Under the pieces are notes generated by a model. The model was given only the letters and a program-made list of their open reading frames with translations, had not been told where the DNA came from and searched no databases. Positions 1 to 9,118 of a stretch of 19,651 nucleotides of DNA are shown here, piece by piece. A program made the position numbers and the translations under genes. Origin of the DNA: a virus (lineage: Duplodnaviria; Heunggongvirae; Uroviricota; Caudoviricetes). The stretch is from the IMG/VR virus record IMGVR_UViG_2563366883_000015. The stretch is one strand, 5' to 3'. Each line of letters starts with the position of its first letter. The first letter of the stretch is position 1.

Positions 1-7
1 CATCCAA

Positions 8-41
8 CCGCAGCACGTTCTTGCTTAAGACGTGCTGCGGC
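8..41 (-). terminator. Stem-loop 14 nt downstream of the tfa stop (possible terminator; U-tract runs off the window edge)
   Basis: 10-bp perfect inverted repeat CCGCAGCACG (8-17) / CGTGCTGCGG (31-40) with a 13-nt loop. Confidence 0.3.
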
Positions 42-54
42 ATAATCCCAATGA

Positions 55-639
55 TTACTCCCTGACAGGGTTCGTAGGCCACTCAATATCAGGTGCAGTT
101 GATGTATCAACACGGTTCAGCAACACCCGATACTTTTTCCAGGCTTCCAGCAATGAGGTTTCTTCCTCCGTTGCGATTTCCAGATCCACAGCATCCTGAA
201 GTGGCGCAATATGCTCACTGGCTACCTGCATCAGGCTGTTTTTTGTTTCTTCCGCCTCTCGGATCCGGAACAGTTTTTCTGCTTCTGCATCTTTCACCCA
301 GGCTGTGCCGTTCCACTTCTGAAACTCCCCTTCCGGCGATAACCAGGTAACATTTTCCGGTAACGGACCGAGTTCAGAAATAAATAACGCGTCCCCTGAA
401 GCTACGTCATAAACCGTTTTACCCCGATGGTCTTCAACGAGATGCCACGATGCCTCATCACTGTTGAAAACAGCCACGAAGCCTGCCGGAATATCTGGCG
501 GTGCAATATCGGTACTGTTTGCTGGCAGACCTGTATGAGGCGGAATATATGCATCACCTTCACCAATAAATTCATTAGTTCCGGCCAGCAGATTATAAAT
601 TTTTATGGTCCGTGGTTGTTCACTCATTCTGAATGCCAT
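55..639 (-). CDS. tfa: Tail fibre assembly protein Tfa (lambda Tfa-like chaperone)
   Basis: 194-aa ORF beginning [24 protein letters not shown]..., recalled as near-identical to lambda Tfa. Start ATG overlaps the stf stop (TAATG). Confidence 0.9.
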   Translation of the reverse strand: MAFRMSEQPRTIKIYNLLAGTNEFIGEGDAYIPPHTGLPANSTDIAPPDIPAGFVAVFNSDEASWHLVEDHRGKTVYDVASGDALFISELGPLPENVTWLSPEGEFQKWNGTAWVKDAEAEKLFRIREAEETKNSLMQVASEHIAPLQDAVDLEIATEEETSLLEAWKKYRVLLNRVDTSTAPDIEWPTNPVRE

Positions 640-1202
640 TATGCAAGCCTCACAATGTAGTTAAATGCGATGTTTTTGACGGTGTTTTCCGCGTTACCAG
701 CAGCGTTAACGGTGATGGTGTGTCCATGTGAGCCAATCGCAACCGAGTGCGTATGAGCACCAATACCGACAGTATGTGCGTGTGCACCTGCGCTTGCAGC
801 AGTGCCGGACAGTGAGTGGGTATGTGCGCCAGCAGATGATGTTGCATAGTTTTGATTATGCACAACAGACAATCTTGTTGATGCACTACCAGCACCGGAG
901 TTAGCACTAGCCGTGTTCACGTTGGCTAGTGAGTGTGTGTGTGCTCCAGCCGAGTTTGTAGAGCCGCTCACACTGTGTGTATGTGCCCCGGTGTTATTCG
1001 TGGATTTAGTGCCGTAATCAAACGACGATGTGGTTTTCGTCCCCAAATCCGTACTGGATGCGCTGGCGCTGTGGGTGTGCGATTTAATGCCGTCCTGTTC
1101 CTGAGATAATACGGCTCGACCACTGGCAGGTTTGCCCTTAATCGTCCAGCCACGCATACTCGCACCGAAAATGTCAGCCAGCTGCTTTTTGTTGACTTCC
1201 AT
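639..1202 (-). CDS. Side tail fibre protein, C-terminal receptor-binding tip only (N-terminally truncated Stf homologue)
   Basis: 187 aa ending ...[31 protein letters not shown] with repeated (G)AHTHS HxH motifs typical of the lambda Stf / T4 gp37 distal tip. Only about a quarter of full Stf length. Confidence 0.7.
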   Translation of the reverse strand: MEVNKKQLADIFGASMRGWTIKGKPASGRAVLSQEQDGIKSHTHSASASSTDLGTKTTSSFDYGTKSTNNTGAHTHSVSGSTNSAGAHTHSLANVNTASANSGAGSASTRLSVVHNQNYATSSAGAHTHSLSGTAASAGAHAHTVGIGAHTHSVAIGSHGHTITVNAAGNAENTVKNIAFNYIVRLA

Positions 1203-1215
1203 TGTTCATTCCACG

Positions 1216-1284
1216 GCCAAAAACAGAGAAAGGAAACGACAAAGGCCCAAAAGTTCGTTTTCAGCACCTGTCGTTTCCTTTCTT
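1216..1284 (-). terminator. Long hairpin with flanking T-tracts (candidate terminator) in the stf'/ylcI divergent intergenic region
   Basis: 14-bp perfect inverted repeat GAAAGGAAACGACA (1228-1241) / TGTCGTTTCCTTTC (1269-1282). Minus strand is followed by CTGTTTTTGG; plus strand by TTTTCAGG. Confidence 0.35.
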
Positions 1285-1427
1285 TTCAGGAGGTATTTTA
1301 AATAAAAACATTAAGTTACGACGAAGAAGAACAGAAACGCCTTAAACCGGAAAATTTTCATAAATAGCGAAAACCCGCGAGGTCGCCGCCCCGTAACCTG
1401 TCGGATCGCCGGAAAGGACCCACAAAA

Positions 1428-1442
1428 TGATAATAATTATCA
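1428..1442. promoter_or_regulatory. Fur-box-like 7-1-7 palindrome TGATAATAATTATCA
   Basis: Exact match to the 7-1-7 inverted-repeat form of the Fur box (TGATAATnATTATCA), ~150 bp upstream of ylcI. AT-rich context, so a chance match is possible. Confidence 0.3.
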
Positions 1443-1590
1443 TCTACATGTCACAACGTGCATCTACGCCATCAAACCACGTCAAATAATCAATTATGAC
1501 GCAGGTATCGTATTAATTGATCTGCATCAACTTAACGTAAAAACAACTTCAGACAATACAAATCAGCGACACTGAATACGGGGCAACCTC

Positions 1591-1785
1591 ATGTCAACTA
1601 AGAACAGAACCCGCAGAACAACAACCCGCAACATCCGCTTTCCTAACCAAATGATTGAACAAATTAACATCGCTCTTGAGCAAAAAGGGTCCGGGAATTT
1701 CTCAGCCTGGGTCATTGAAGCCTGCCGTCGGAGGCTAACGTCAGAAAAGAGAGCATATACATCAATTAAAAGTGATGAAGAATGA
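1591..1785 (+). CDS. ylcI: DLP12-type small prophage protein YlcI (DUF3950-like)
   Basis: 64-aa ORF MSTKNRTRRTTTRNIRFPNQMIEQINIALEQKGSGNF... in the position and orientation expected beside ybcW/ybcV/bor. Confidence 0.7.
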   Translation: MSTKNRTRRTTTRNIRFPNQMIEQINIALEQKGSGNFSAWVIEACRRRLTSEKRAYTSIKSDEE

Positions 1786-1949
1786 ACATCCCGCGTTCTT
1801 CCCTCCGAACAGGACGATATTGTAAATTCACTTAATTACGAGGGCATTGCAGTAATTGAGTTGCAGTTTTACCACTTTCCTGACAGTGACAGACTGCGTG
1901 TTGGCTCTGTCACAGGTTAAGTAGTTTGAATGATTAGCAGTTATGGTGA

Positions 1950-2156
1950 TCAGTCAACCACCAGGGAATAATCCTTCATATTATTATCGTGCTTCACCAA
2001 CGCTGCCTCAATTGCCCTGAATGCTTCCAGAGACACCTTATGTTCTATACATGCAATTACAACATCAGGGTAACTCATAGAAATGGTGCTATTAAGCATA
2101 TTTTTTACACGAATCAGATCCACGGAGGGATCATCAGCAGATTGTTCTTTATTCAT
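1950..2156 (-). CDS. ybcW: DLP12-type prophage protein YbcW
   Basis: 68-aa [36 protein letters not shown]... with ATG start, in the conserved ylcI-ybcW-ybcV-bor arrangement. Confidence 0.7.
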
Positions 2157-2441
2157 TTTGTCGCTCCATGCGCTTGCTCTTCATCTAGCGGTTAAAATAT
2201 TACTTCAAATCTTTCTGTATGAAGGTTTGAGCACGTTGGCCTTACATACATCTGTCGGTTGTATTTCCCTCCAGAATGCCAGCAGGACCGCACTTTGTTA
2301 CGCAACCAATACTATTAATTGAAAACATTCCTAATATTTGACATAAATCATCAACAAAACACAAAGAGGTCAGACCAGATTGAAGCGATAAAAACGATAA
2401 TGCAAACTACGCGCCCTCGTATCACATGGAAGGTTTTACCA

Positions 2442-2852
2442 ATGGCTCAGGTTGCCATTTTTAAAGAAATATTCGATCAAGTGCGAAAAGATTTAAACTG
2501 TGAATTGTTTTATTCTGAACTAAAACGTCACAATGTCTCACATTATATTTACTATCTAGCCACAGATAATATTCACATTGTGTTAGAAAACGATAACACC
2601 GTGTTAATAAAAGGGCTTAAAAAGGTTGTAAATGTTAAATTCTCAAGAAATACGCATCTTATAGAAACGTCCTATGATAGGTTGAAATCAAGAGAAATCA
2701 CATTTCAGCAATACAGGGAAAATCTTGCTAAAGCAGGAGTTTTCCGATGGATTACAAATATCCACGAACATAAAAGATATTACTATACCTTTGATAATTC
2801 ATTACTATTTACTGAGAGCATTCAGAACACTACACAAATCTTTCCACGCTAA
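2442..2852 (+). CDS. ybcV: DLP12-type prophage protein YbcV (DUF1398 family)
   Basis: Start chosen at ATG 2442 ([13 protein letters not shown]..., 136 aa) because GGAAGG lies 9 nt upstream. The same frame is open from 2319 and 2400, so the start is uncertain. Confidence 0.7.
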   Translation: MAQVAIFKEIFDQVRKDLNCELFYSELKRHNVSHYIYYLATDNIHIVLENDNTVLIKGLKKVVNVKFSRNTHLIETSYDRLKSREITFQQYRENLAKAGVFRWITNIHEHKRYYYTFDNSLLFTESIQNTTQIFPR

Positions 2853-3142
2853 ATCATAACGTCCGGTTTCTTCCGTGTCAGCACCGGGGTGTTGGCATAA
2901 TACAATACATGTACGCGCTAAACCCTGTGTGCATCGTTTTTAATTATTCCCGGACACTCCCGCAGAGAAGTTCCCCGTCAGGGCTGTGGACATAGTTAAT
3001 CCGGGAATACAATGACGATTCATCGCACCTGGCATACATTAATAAATATTAACAATATGAAATTTCAACTCATTGTTTAGGGTTTGTTTAATTTTCTACA
3101 CATACGATTCTGCGAACTTCAAAAAGCATCGGGAATAACACC

Positions 3143-3436
3143 ATGAAAAAAATGCTACTCGCTACTGCGCTGGCCCTGCTTATTACAGGATGTGCTCAAC
3201 AGACATTTACTGTTCAAAACAAACAGACAGCAGTAGCACCAAAGGAAACCATCACCCATCATTTCTTCGTTTCTGGAATTGGGCAGAAGAAAACTGTCGA
3301 TGCAGCTAAAATTTGTGGCGGCGCAGAAAATGTTGTTAAAACAGAAACCCAGCAAACATTCGTAAATGGATTGCTCGGTTTTATTACTTTAGGCATTTAT
3401 ACTCCGCTGGAAGCGCGTGTGTATTGCTCAAAATAA
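3143..3436 (+). CDS. bor: Bor outer-membrane lipoprotein (serum-resistance lysogenic-conversion protein)
   Basis: 97 aa MKKMLLATALALLITGCAQQTF...YTPLEARVYCSK with lipobox LITGC; recalled as near-identical to lambda Bor. Opposite strand to the lysis genes, as in lambda. Confidence 0.95.
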   Translation: MKKMLLATALALLITGCAQQTFTVQNKQTAVAPKETITHHFFVSGIGQKKTVDAAKICGGAENVVKTETQQTFVNGLLGFITLGIYTPLEARVYCSK

Positions 3437-3467
3437 TTGCATGAGTTGCCCATCGATATGGTCAGCT

Positions 3468-3929
3468 CTATCTGCACTGCTCATTAATATACTTCTGGGT
3501 TCCTTCCAGTTGTTTTTGCATAGTGATCAGCCTCTCTCTGAGGGTGAAATAATCCCGTTCAGCGGTGTCTGCCAGTCGGGGGGAGGCTGCATTATCCACG
3601 CCGGAGGCCGTGGTGGCTTCACGCACTGACTGACAGACTGCTTTGATGTGCAACCGACGACGACCAGCGGCAACATCATCACGCAGAGCATCATTTTCAG
3701 CTTTCGCATCAGCTAACTCCTTCGTGTATTTTGCATCGAGCGCAGCAACATCACGCTGACGCATCTGCATGTCAGTAATTGCCGCGTTCGCTAGCTTCAG
3801 TTCTCTGGCATTTTTGTCGCGCTGGACTTTGTAGGCGATTGCGTTATCACGGTAATGATTGACCGCCCATGACAGGCTGACGATGATGCAGATAATCAGA
3901 GCGGATATAATCGCGGTTACTCTACTCAC
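3468..3929 (-). CDS. rzpD: Rz i-spanin (inner-membrane spanin subunit)
   Basis: Lambda Rz-like sequence ...[29 protein letters not shown]...YINEQCR. Probable GTG start at 3929 (MSRVT...), overlapping the endolysin stop. The ORF track extends to 3941. Confidence 0.9.
   Translation of the reverse strand: MSRVTAIISALIICIIVSLSWAVNHYRDNAIAYKVQRDKNARELKLANAAITDMQMRQRDVAALDAKYTKELADAKAENDALRDDVAAGRRRLHIKAVCQSVREATTASGVDNAASPRLADTAERDYFTLRERLITMQKQLEGTQKYINEQCR
3527..3709 (-). CDS. rzoD: Rz1 o-spanin lipoprotein, embedded in the +1 frame of Rz
   Basis: 60 aa [24 protein letters not shown]...[29 protein letters not shown]: lipobox plus Pro-rich tract, fully inside Rz as in lambda. Confidence 0.8.
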   Translation of the reverse strand: MRKLKMMLCVMMLPLVVVGCTSKQSVSQCVKPPRPPAWIMQPPPDWQTPLNGIISPSERG

Positions 3930-4423
3930 TGTTGCCCCCACAAACAGACTTCACGCTCAATCTCACGACGAGTCATCAGGCCTTTCCATTGCTTACCGCC
4001 AGCGTATGTCCAGCGACGCAGCTGATCACATGCGCCTTTGATATCGCCCTGGTTTATTTTGCGAAGAAGCGTCGATGTTCTAAAATTGCCAGCACCCACG
4101 TTGTAAACGAATGAGTTAAGAGCGCCGCGCGTTGTTTCCGGTATATCGACTTTGATATACGGGTTAATTTGTCTGGCGACAGTGGCAAGGTCTTTATTCA
4201 AGAGTGCTTTGCATTCTGCTTTGGTATACGTTTTACCGAGCATGATGTCTTTTCCGGTGTGTCCGTGACATACAGTCCATACACCAACAATATCTTTGTA
4301 TGGTATGTAGCTGACACCTTCCAGACCATCGTTACCACTTGGGCCAGTGATTAACACTGATGCTATAGCAATTGCTCCGCCACCAATAGCAGCAGCAACG
4401 GCTTTTCGTAATGATGGAGGCAT
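3926..4423 (-). CDS. rrrD: SAR endolysin (phage lysozyme R, T4-lysozyme-like GH24 with N-terminal signal-anchor-release domain)
   Basis: 165 aa. N-terminal Gly/Ala-rich weakly hydrophobic segment [20 protein letters not shown] (SAR-like) followed by a lysozyme-like region (...[16 protein letters not shown]...). Start ATG overlaps the holin stop. Confidence 0.9.
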   Translation of the reverse strand: MPPSLRKAVAAAIGGGAIAIASVLITGPSGNDGLEGVSYIPYKDIVGVWTVCHGHTGKDIMLGKTYTKAECKALLNKDLATVARQINPYIKVDIPETTRGALNSFVYNVGAGNFRTSTLLRKINQGDIKGACDQLRRWTYAGGKQWKGLMTRREIEREVCLWGQQ

Positions 4424-4638
4424 TATTCACCTCTCGCAGCCTTGCGCTTATCTTCTTTAATCTTGAAATAAAGGTTTGTCAGGTACGTCAGCAGGCCAAA
4501 TACCAGGCTACCCAGCACACCTATTGCTGCCCACTGTGAGGGAGTGACTTTATCGAGCAGCTGTAAAAACCAGTAACCGGCACTACCTGCTGAGGTGCCA
4601 TAGGCGACTCCAGTTGTTAACTTATCCATGAATTTCAT
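4423..4638 (-). CDS. essD: Class II holin (S21-type pinholin) with dual-start motif
   Basis: 71 aa from ATG 4638 ([26 protein letters not shown]...KAARGE), GAGGTGG RBS upstream. M-K-F-M is the antiholin/holin dual-start pattern. The ORF track extends to 4683. Confidence 0.85.
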   Translation of the reverse strand: MKFMDKLTTGVAYGTSAGSAGYWFLQLLDKVTPSQWAAIGVLGSLVFGLLTYLTNLYFKIKEDKRKAARGE

Positions 4639-5226
4639 AACCCCACCTCGCAGACAAAGCGGGTGTAAATTGAGGGAATACAACGTATCGCAAAAAAGCA
4701 GAAACGTAACTGACTCCGAGTCAGTGAATAACTCAGGTATTGAGTTATCAGCTAATATCGAGACTCAAAAAATGGAAAAACCAGCTCGACGGCGGGTTTA
4801 AGCTGTGTGACGAAGTAACCACTCTTAACAGCATAACCAATTTTTTACGTACGTAAACCACTGAATGATATTTATGAGAATGCTACCGAGTGTTCAAAAC
4901 ATCACCACAAATACATAAGAAAACTTCAACAAATAACCAATAAATAATTTCCAGTGTTATTTTTAGCTGGTTTAAATTAAACAGACGAATTATAGAACCA
5001 CCATAAATAACAGCCATTAATATAAATTAGCTAATAGATTTATTTTTGTTCAAATAAGAGCCATAAATAGGTTTCGATAGAAAAAGTTCAGATAAAAATA
5101 GAGATCTACTTCACAAATTAAATGAGAAACTAAAACTTACATCTTGAAATAATCACATTGATTAGATGAATATTTATCGCGCAGTGACATCATTTTTTAA
5201 TAATAGTTCAAAAAAAAGGGCTCACG

Positions 5227-6324
5227 ATGAAAAAATTAACAGTGGCAATTTCTGCTGTAGCTGCATCAGTACTGATGGCGATGTCTGCTCAGGCAGCTGA
5301 AATTTATAATAAAGACAGTAACAAGCTGGATCTGTACGGGAAAGTTAATGCCAAGCACTACTTTTCCTCTAACGATGCAGATGATGGTGATACTACTTAT
5401 GTTCGTCTGGGCTTCAAAGGCGAAACCCAAATCAACGATCAGCTGACTGGTTTCGGTCAGTGGGAATATGAATTCAAAGGCAACCGCGCTGAATCTCAAG
5501 GTTCCTCCAAAGACAAAACCCGTCTTGCATTTGCAGGCCTGAAATTCGGTGACTACGGCTCAATCGATTACGGCCGTAACTACGGTGTAGCATACGACAT
5601 CGGTGCGTGGACTGACGTTCTGCCAGAATTCGGTGGCGATACCTGGACCCAAACAGATGTGTTCATGACTGGTCGCACCACTGGTGTTGCAACCTATCGT
5701 AACAACGACTTCTTTGGTCTGGTTGATGGTCTGAACTTTGCTGCTCAGTACCAAGGCAAAAACGATCGTAGCGATTTCGATAACTACACCGAAGGTAACG
5801 GTGATGGCTTCGGTTTCTCTGCTACCTATGAATACGAAGGATTCGGTATCGGTGCAACTTATGCGAAATCTGATCGTACCGACACTCAAGTTAATGCAGG
5901 GAAAGTTCTTCCTGAAGTATTTGCTTCCGGTAAAAATGCAGAAGTTTGGGCCGCAGGTCTGAAATATGACGCTAACAACATTTACCTGGCCACTACCTAT
6001 TCTGAAACCCAGAATATGACTGTATTTGCTGATCACTTCGTTGCTAATAAAGCTCAAAACTTCGAAGCTGTTGCACAATATCAGTTCGATTTCGGTCTGC
6101 GTCCGTCCGTTGCTTACCTGCAATCTAAAGGTAAGGATCTTGGAGTATGGGGCGATCAGGACTTAGTCAAATATGTTGATGTAGGTGCAACCTATTACTT
6201 CAACAAAAATATGTCTACTTTCGTTGATTACAAAATCAACCTGCTTGACAAAAATGACTTCACTAAAGCACTCGGTGTAAGCACTGATGACATCGTTGCT
6301 GTAGGTCTGGTTTACCAGTTCTAA
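5227..6324 (+). CDS. nmpC: Prophage-encoded OmpC/OmpF-family general porin (NmpC/Lc-like)
   Basis: 365 aa with signal peptide [25 protein letters not shown] and porin C-terminus ...VAVGLVYQF. Antisense to the late operon between Q and S, as nmpC is in DLP12. Preceded by ~540 bp of AT-rich DNA. Confidence 0.9.
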   Translation: MKKLTVAISAVAASVLMAMSAQAAEIYNKDSNKLDLYGKVNAKHYFSSNDADDGDTTYVRLGFKGETQINDQLTGFGQWEYEFKGNRAESQGSSKDKTRLAFAGLKFGDYGSIDYGRNYGVAYDIGAWTDVLPEFGGDTWTQTDVFMTGRTTGVATYRNNDFFGLVDGLNFAAQYQGKNDRSDFDNYTEGNGDGFGFSATYEYEGFGIGATYAKSDRTDTQVNAGKVLPEVFASGKNAEVWAAGLKYDANNIYLATTYSETQNMTVFADHFVANKAQNFEAVAQYQFDFGLRPSVAYLQSKGKDLGVWGDQDLVKYVDVGATYYFNKNMSTFVDYKINLLDKNDFTKALGVSTDDIVAVGLVYQF

Positions 6325-6332
6325 TCTGATTA

Positions 6333-6374
6333 CGAAAAAGATATGTTGCGGGAGGCGTTGCCTCCCCAACATAT
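6333..6374 (-). terminator. Rho-independent terminator on the minus strand ~140 nt downstream of Q (tR'-like)
   Basis: Minus strand: ATATGTTGGGGAGG-CAACG-CCTCCCGCAACATAT followed by CTTTTTCG. Confidence 0.45.
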
Positions 6375-6451
6375 AAGTGGCTCCCTCAAGCCACTTCCTT
6401 TAGGAGCACAACCTTGCTTCTAACTATATAAACCTTCTGTTATATATTACC

Positions 6452-6487
6452 CTTTATTTTTGGGGGCGTTGCAACGCCCCATTTTTA
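6452..6487 (+). terminator. Rho-independent terminator between the convergent porin and Q genes
   Basis: 18-bp perfect palindrome GGGGCGTTGCAACGCCCC (6463-6480) followed by ATTTTTAAT on the plus strand, preceded by TTTATTTTT. Confidence 0.55.
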
Positions 6488-6513
6488 ATAACTTTCAGTA
6501 AACAATTGGCATA

Positions 6514-6897
6514 TTAATTAGAGTTATTAACAACGATATCCATCTCTAACCGGATATCTAATGCCATTAACATCCCTTCAATTATGCCCTCAGCCTTCTG
6601 TAACCTTTTCCCGATATAACCATCAGAGCAGCAATGCTTACCTGCCAGTGACATGAATGTCATACCGACTACATAATAATCTACTAATAAATCGTGCAAA
6701 TCGCTGTTGTTCTTTTTCAGACGGGCCATGCACCCGCAAATGATCATCGCGTCATCGTCACAACATTGCGGGCGAGATTTTACTTTTGAAGGAATTAATC
6801 CCTTAAAACCGGCGGCAATGGACGACCAGGTCACATCTTCATGATTATTAGCCGCCCACGCTCCCCAACGTTCAAGAACCATCTGAATATCACGCAT
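6514..6897 (-). CDS. quuD: Late-gene antiterminator Q (QuuD / phage 82-21 type)
   Basis: 127 aa from ATG 6897 ([24 protein letters not shown]...), GGAG 7 nt upstream. Cys-rich region [16 protein letters not shown]. Sits immediately upstream of the lysis cassette. Confidence 0.85.
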   Translation of the reverse strand: MRDIQMVLERWGAWAANNHEDVTWSSIAAGFKGLIPSKVKSRPQCCDDDAMIICGCMARLKKNNSDLHDLLVDYYVVGMTFMSLAGKHCCSDGYIGKRLQKAEGIIEGMLMALDIRLEMDIVVNNSN

Positions 6898-6914
6898 TAA
6901 CTTTCTCCACAAAA

Positions 6915-7910
6915 TTAGGCCAGCACACCAATCGCCAGTGCGCGATCGATAAAACGAAATATCAGCTCCAGCTGGGAGCCATACTTCTCTTCAAATGCCA
7001 CGGTATCCGCATGCAGTTCGTCGTGGTGTTTTCTGCACAAAGGCAGCACAAAAAGGTCATGCGCTTTTGTACCCATTCCACCCTGACCATGGCCTATCAG
7101 ATGATGCGGATCATCAGCTGGCTTTCCACAACATGCACACGGCTGCGTCTTAACCCAGCGCGTGTACTGTTCATTAACCCAGCGACGACGTTTGGGGCGT
7201 AACATAAAAGACTCCGGCGACTCCGGATCCACTTTCAGCGCCAGCACCTTTTTCGCTTTATCCTGGATAATGCTGGTGGCAGGAACCGAAGGCACAAGGT
7301 CACTTTCCCGGGTGACAGACGGCAAAACAGACTTCGGTAATCTCAGTGCCTTACGGGCTGCGCTTTCCGGTAAGGCATCCGCCAGGTCATTACGAACCAG
7401 CCACCAGCACAGTTCCGGCATTGTCACGGCATGGTTATCATTAAAATCGAGATCCCGACGGACTACAGACAACACCCAATGGGCACAGTTATCCGTTGCC
7501 ATTGATTCCAGCCGCTCCGTGAACTGATCACGTAACTGATTATCGCAGTGCCAGCACAGACGGATTGCGCCCGGCGCGTGTCGCATTGTGGTCATGTTCT
7601 CGCTGTGCCAGTCGGAATGAGGCCACTGGCAGCCTTTTTCACGAAGTAACCAGCTTTCAAGACATTCCACCCCACCAGCACGACGAATCACTGCCTCATT
7701 ACGGAACACGGCCCGAACGGCAGGATCATCCGCCAGCGGTTGTGATGCCGCGGGAACGGCACCACTGGCGAAAGATGAATAATGCTCCGGCTCAGGCTCC
7801 AGCAGTACACGCCCCTGCATAAACAGGGGCATCAGCTCTGAACCGGGCCTGAACAATACGATCCCCATACGCGGGGCAATTTCAGGGGTCAGTAGTGCTC
7901 TCACGGTCAC
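6915..7910 (-). CDS. DUF968-family nin-region protein with C-terminal Cys/His (HNH-like) motif
   Basis: 331 aa. C-terminus [43 protein letters not shown]. Apparent GTG start at 7910, 1 nt after the KilA-N stop. Confidence 0.75.
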   Translation of the reverse strand: MTVRALLTPEIAPRMGIVLFRPGSELMPLFMQGRVLLEPEPEHYSSFASGAVPAASQPLADDPAVRAVFRNEAVIRRAGGVECLESWLLREKGCQWPHSDWHSENMTTMRHAPGAIRLCWHCDNQLRDQFTERLESMATDNCAHWVLSVVRRDLDFNDNHAVTMPELCWWLVRNDLADALPESAARKALRLPKSVLPSVTRESDLVPSVPATSIIQDKAKKVLALKVDPESPESFMLRPKRRRWVNEQYTRWVKTQPCACCGKPADDPHHLIGHGQGGMGTKAHDLFVLPLCRKHHDELHADTVAFEEKYGSQLELIFRFIDRALAIGVLA

Positions 7911-7911
7911 C

Positions 7912-8709
7912 TCAATGAACGGTATCGAGCAGCTTTAACAGCTCAGGGAATCGGGATTCGAAGAAATGCGGCTGCGTCTCGCGCGGATTTGCGGGACTGG
8001 TGATGTTCTTGCCGAACATGCAGCCTTTCGCTGTCAGCGACCAGAATTTTTTGATGTTGTTAATCGCGGTACGGCTGTATCGTTCGCGCTGCTCGACGAT
8101 CCCCAGCTTCACCATCTGGTGATATGCCTGATTAGCTGTCAGGCGGATACCATACTGCTTCAGCAGTGCACTCAGTGACAGCGTGGGACGGCTTGAGCCA
8201 TCAGGCGCGTCAGCAGGAGCATCAATGGCATAGCGCGGTGCCAGATTCGGTAAGCCAACAGCCTCCTGGAGTTTCTGACAGGCACCAAGCACTGAAGAGT
8301 TAGACAGGTTTAACTCCCGGCGCATAAAGTCCAGCAGAATCACGCCAGCCTGCATCTTGTCAGCAGCCTGCCCGGATAATTTTTCCGATGCGCTGGTTAC
8401 CATATCGAAAGTACGGATCACCTTCAGATGGAATGACGGGCTGATCCACATTGCATAGGCATACACCAGTTCTTTGCAGACATACGTCCCCTGGTTATTT
8501 CCGCCACGAATAACGTTAACTGGCTCTATATTGACCGAGTTGCAAATCTGCAACTCGCTTATTAAACGTTCAGTTTGCTCATTGCGGAGCCAGAATGCAG
8601 GCTTATGCTTATCCAGAGAACCGGCAGCCCTGTGCAGATCGTTCAGGCTGTAACGCCCATAAGCATCACGACGAACTTCAATACCATCAATGACCATCAG
8701 ATTATTCAT
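7912..8709 (-). CDS. KilA-N domain protein (Bro/antirepressor-like)
   Basis: N-terminus MNNLMVIDGIEVRRDAYGRYSLNDLHRAAG...KPAFWLRN is KilA-N-like. Start placed at ATG 8709 with AGGAG 9 nt upstream. The ORF track extends to 8742. Confidence 0.75.
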   Translation of the reverse strand: MNNLMVIDGIEVRRDAYGRYSLNDLHRAAGSLDKHKPAFWLRNEQTERLISELQICNSVNIEPVNVIRGGNNQGTYVCKELVYAYAMWISPSFHLKVIRTFDMVTSASEKLSGQAADKMQAGVILLDFMRRELNLSNSSVLGACQKLQEAVGLPNLAPRYAIDAPADAPDGSSRPTLSLSALLKQYGIRLTANQAYHQMVKLGIVEQRERYSRTAINNIKKFWSLTAKGCMFGKNITSPANPRETQPHFFESRFPELLKLLDTVH

Positions 8710-8728
8710 ACTTCGTTTCTCCTCTTGA

Positions 8729-9118
8729 TCAGGCGGCTGCACCCGCCGTTTTCTCGTACTTACTGATAGTGATCTCGACCTTCCCTTCCGGGATAACCGG
8801 TCCCCACTCCACCAGCATTCTTTTCACCTGGCTGTCGTCTTCCCACACACCCGCGTGGGTCAGGGCGTCAAACAGCGCCTTGTTATAGTTGTCCAGATCG
8901 CGGATCCGGTTATCCGGAGGAAACAACACGATCTCCACTGAAGCAGGTGCCGACGTTGGTTTCGGCAGACGACGTAACTGCTCAACTATTGCTGTGCACG
9001 CCGCACTCTGGAATTTTCGCCCCGCCGCGCTTATCAGGCTCTTACCAGCAAATGCCCCTTTGTTGGGGTGTCGCCAGTAGGTGTTCACGCTGGGTGGAAA
9101 AGGCAGAATCAGCTTCAT
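8729..9118 (-). CDS. rusA: RusA-family Holliday junction resolvase
   Basis: 129 aa MKLILPFPPSVNTYWRH...IRDLDNYNKALFDALTHAGVWEDDSQV matches the RusA pattern. Start ATG overlaps the upstream stop (ATGA). Sequence differs from K-12 RusA. Confidence 0.85.
   Translation of the reverse strand: MKLILPFPPSVNTYWRHPNKGAFAGKSLISAAGRKFQSAACTAIVEQLRRLPKPTSAPASVEIVLFPPDNRIRDLDNYNKALFDALTHAGVWEDDSQVKRMLVEWGPVIPEGKVEITISKYEKTAGAAA

Larger units (their letters stand above)
6325..6487 (+). ncRNA. Possible IpeX-like sRNA derived from the porin 3' region (extent uncertain)
   Basis: The strong plus-strand terminator sits ~140 nt past the porin stop, leaving a structured 3' region. In DLP12 the IpeX sRNA is reported from the nmpC 3' end (recalled from memory, not aligned). 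Confidence 0.25.

Noticed and set aside
93-1267. ORFs overlapping tfa and stf' (93-350 plus, 427-660 plus, 650-907 minus, 968-1267 minus)
   Set aside because: Alternative-frame or antisense ORFs within confidently assigned tail-fibre genes, with no independent support.
2319-2441. Longer ybcV start (ORF track begins at 2319)
   Set aside because: The upstream in-frame Met codons lack a convincing RBS, whereas ATG 2442 has GGAAGG at optimal spacing and gives the expected 136-aa product. The longer form cannot be excluded.
5560-6123. 187-aa minus-strand ORF and other ORFs inside the porin gene (5266-5499, 5738-5962)
   Set aside because: They lie entirely antisense or out of frame within a well-supported porin CDS; shadow ORFs.
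6915-7527. Plus-strand ORFs antisense to the DUF968 gene (7011-7202, 7162-7527, 7565-7822)
   Set aside because: Antisense shadow ORFs within a longer, translationally coupled CDS.
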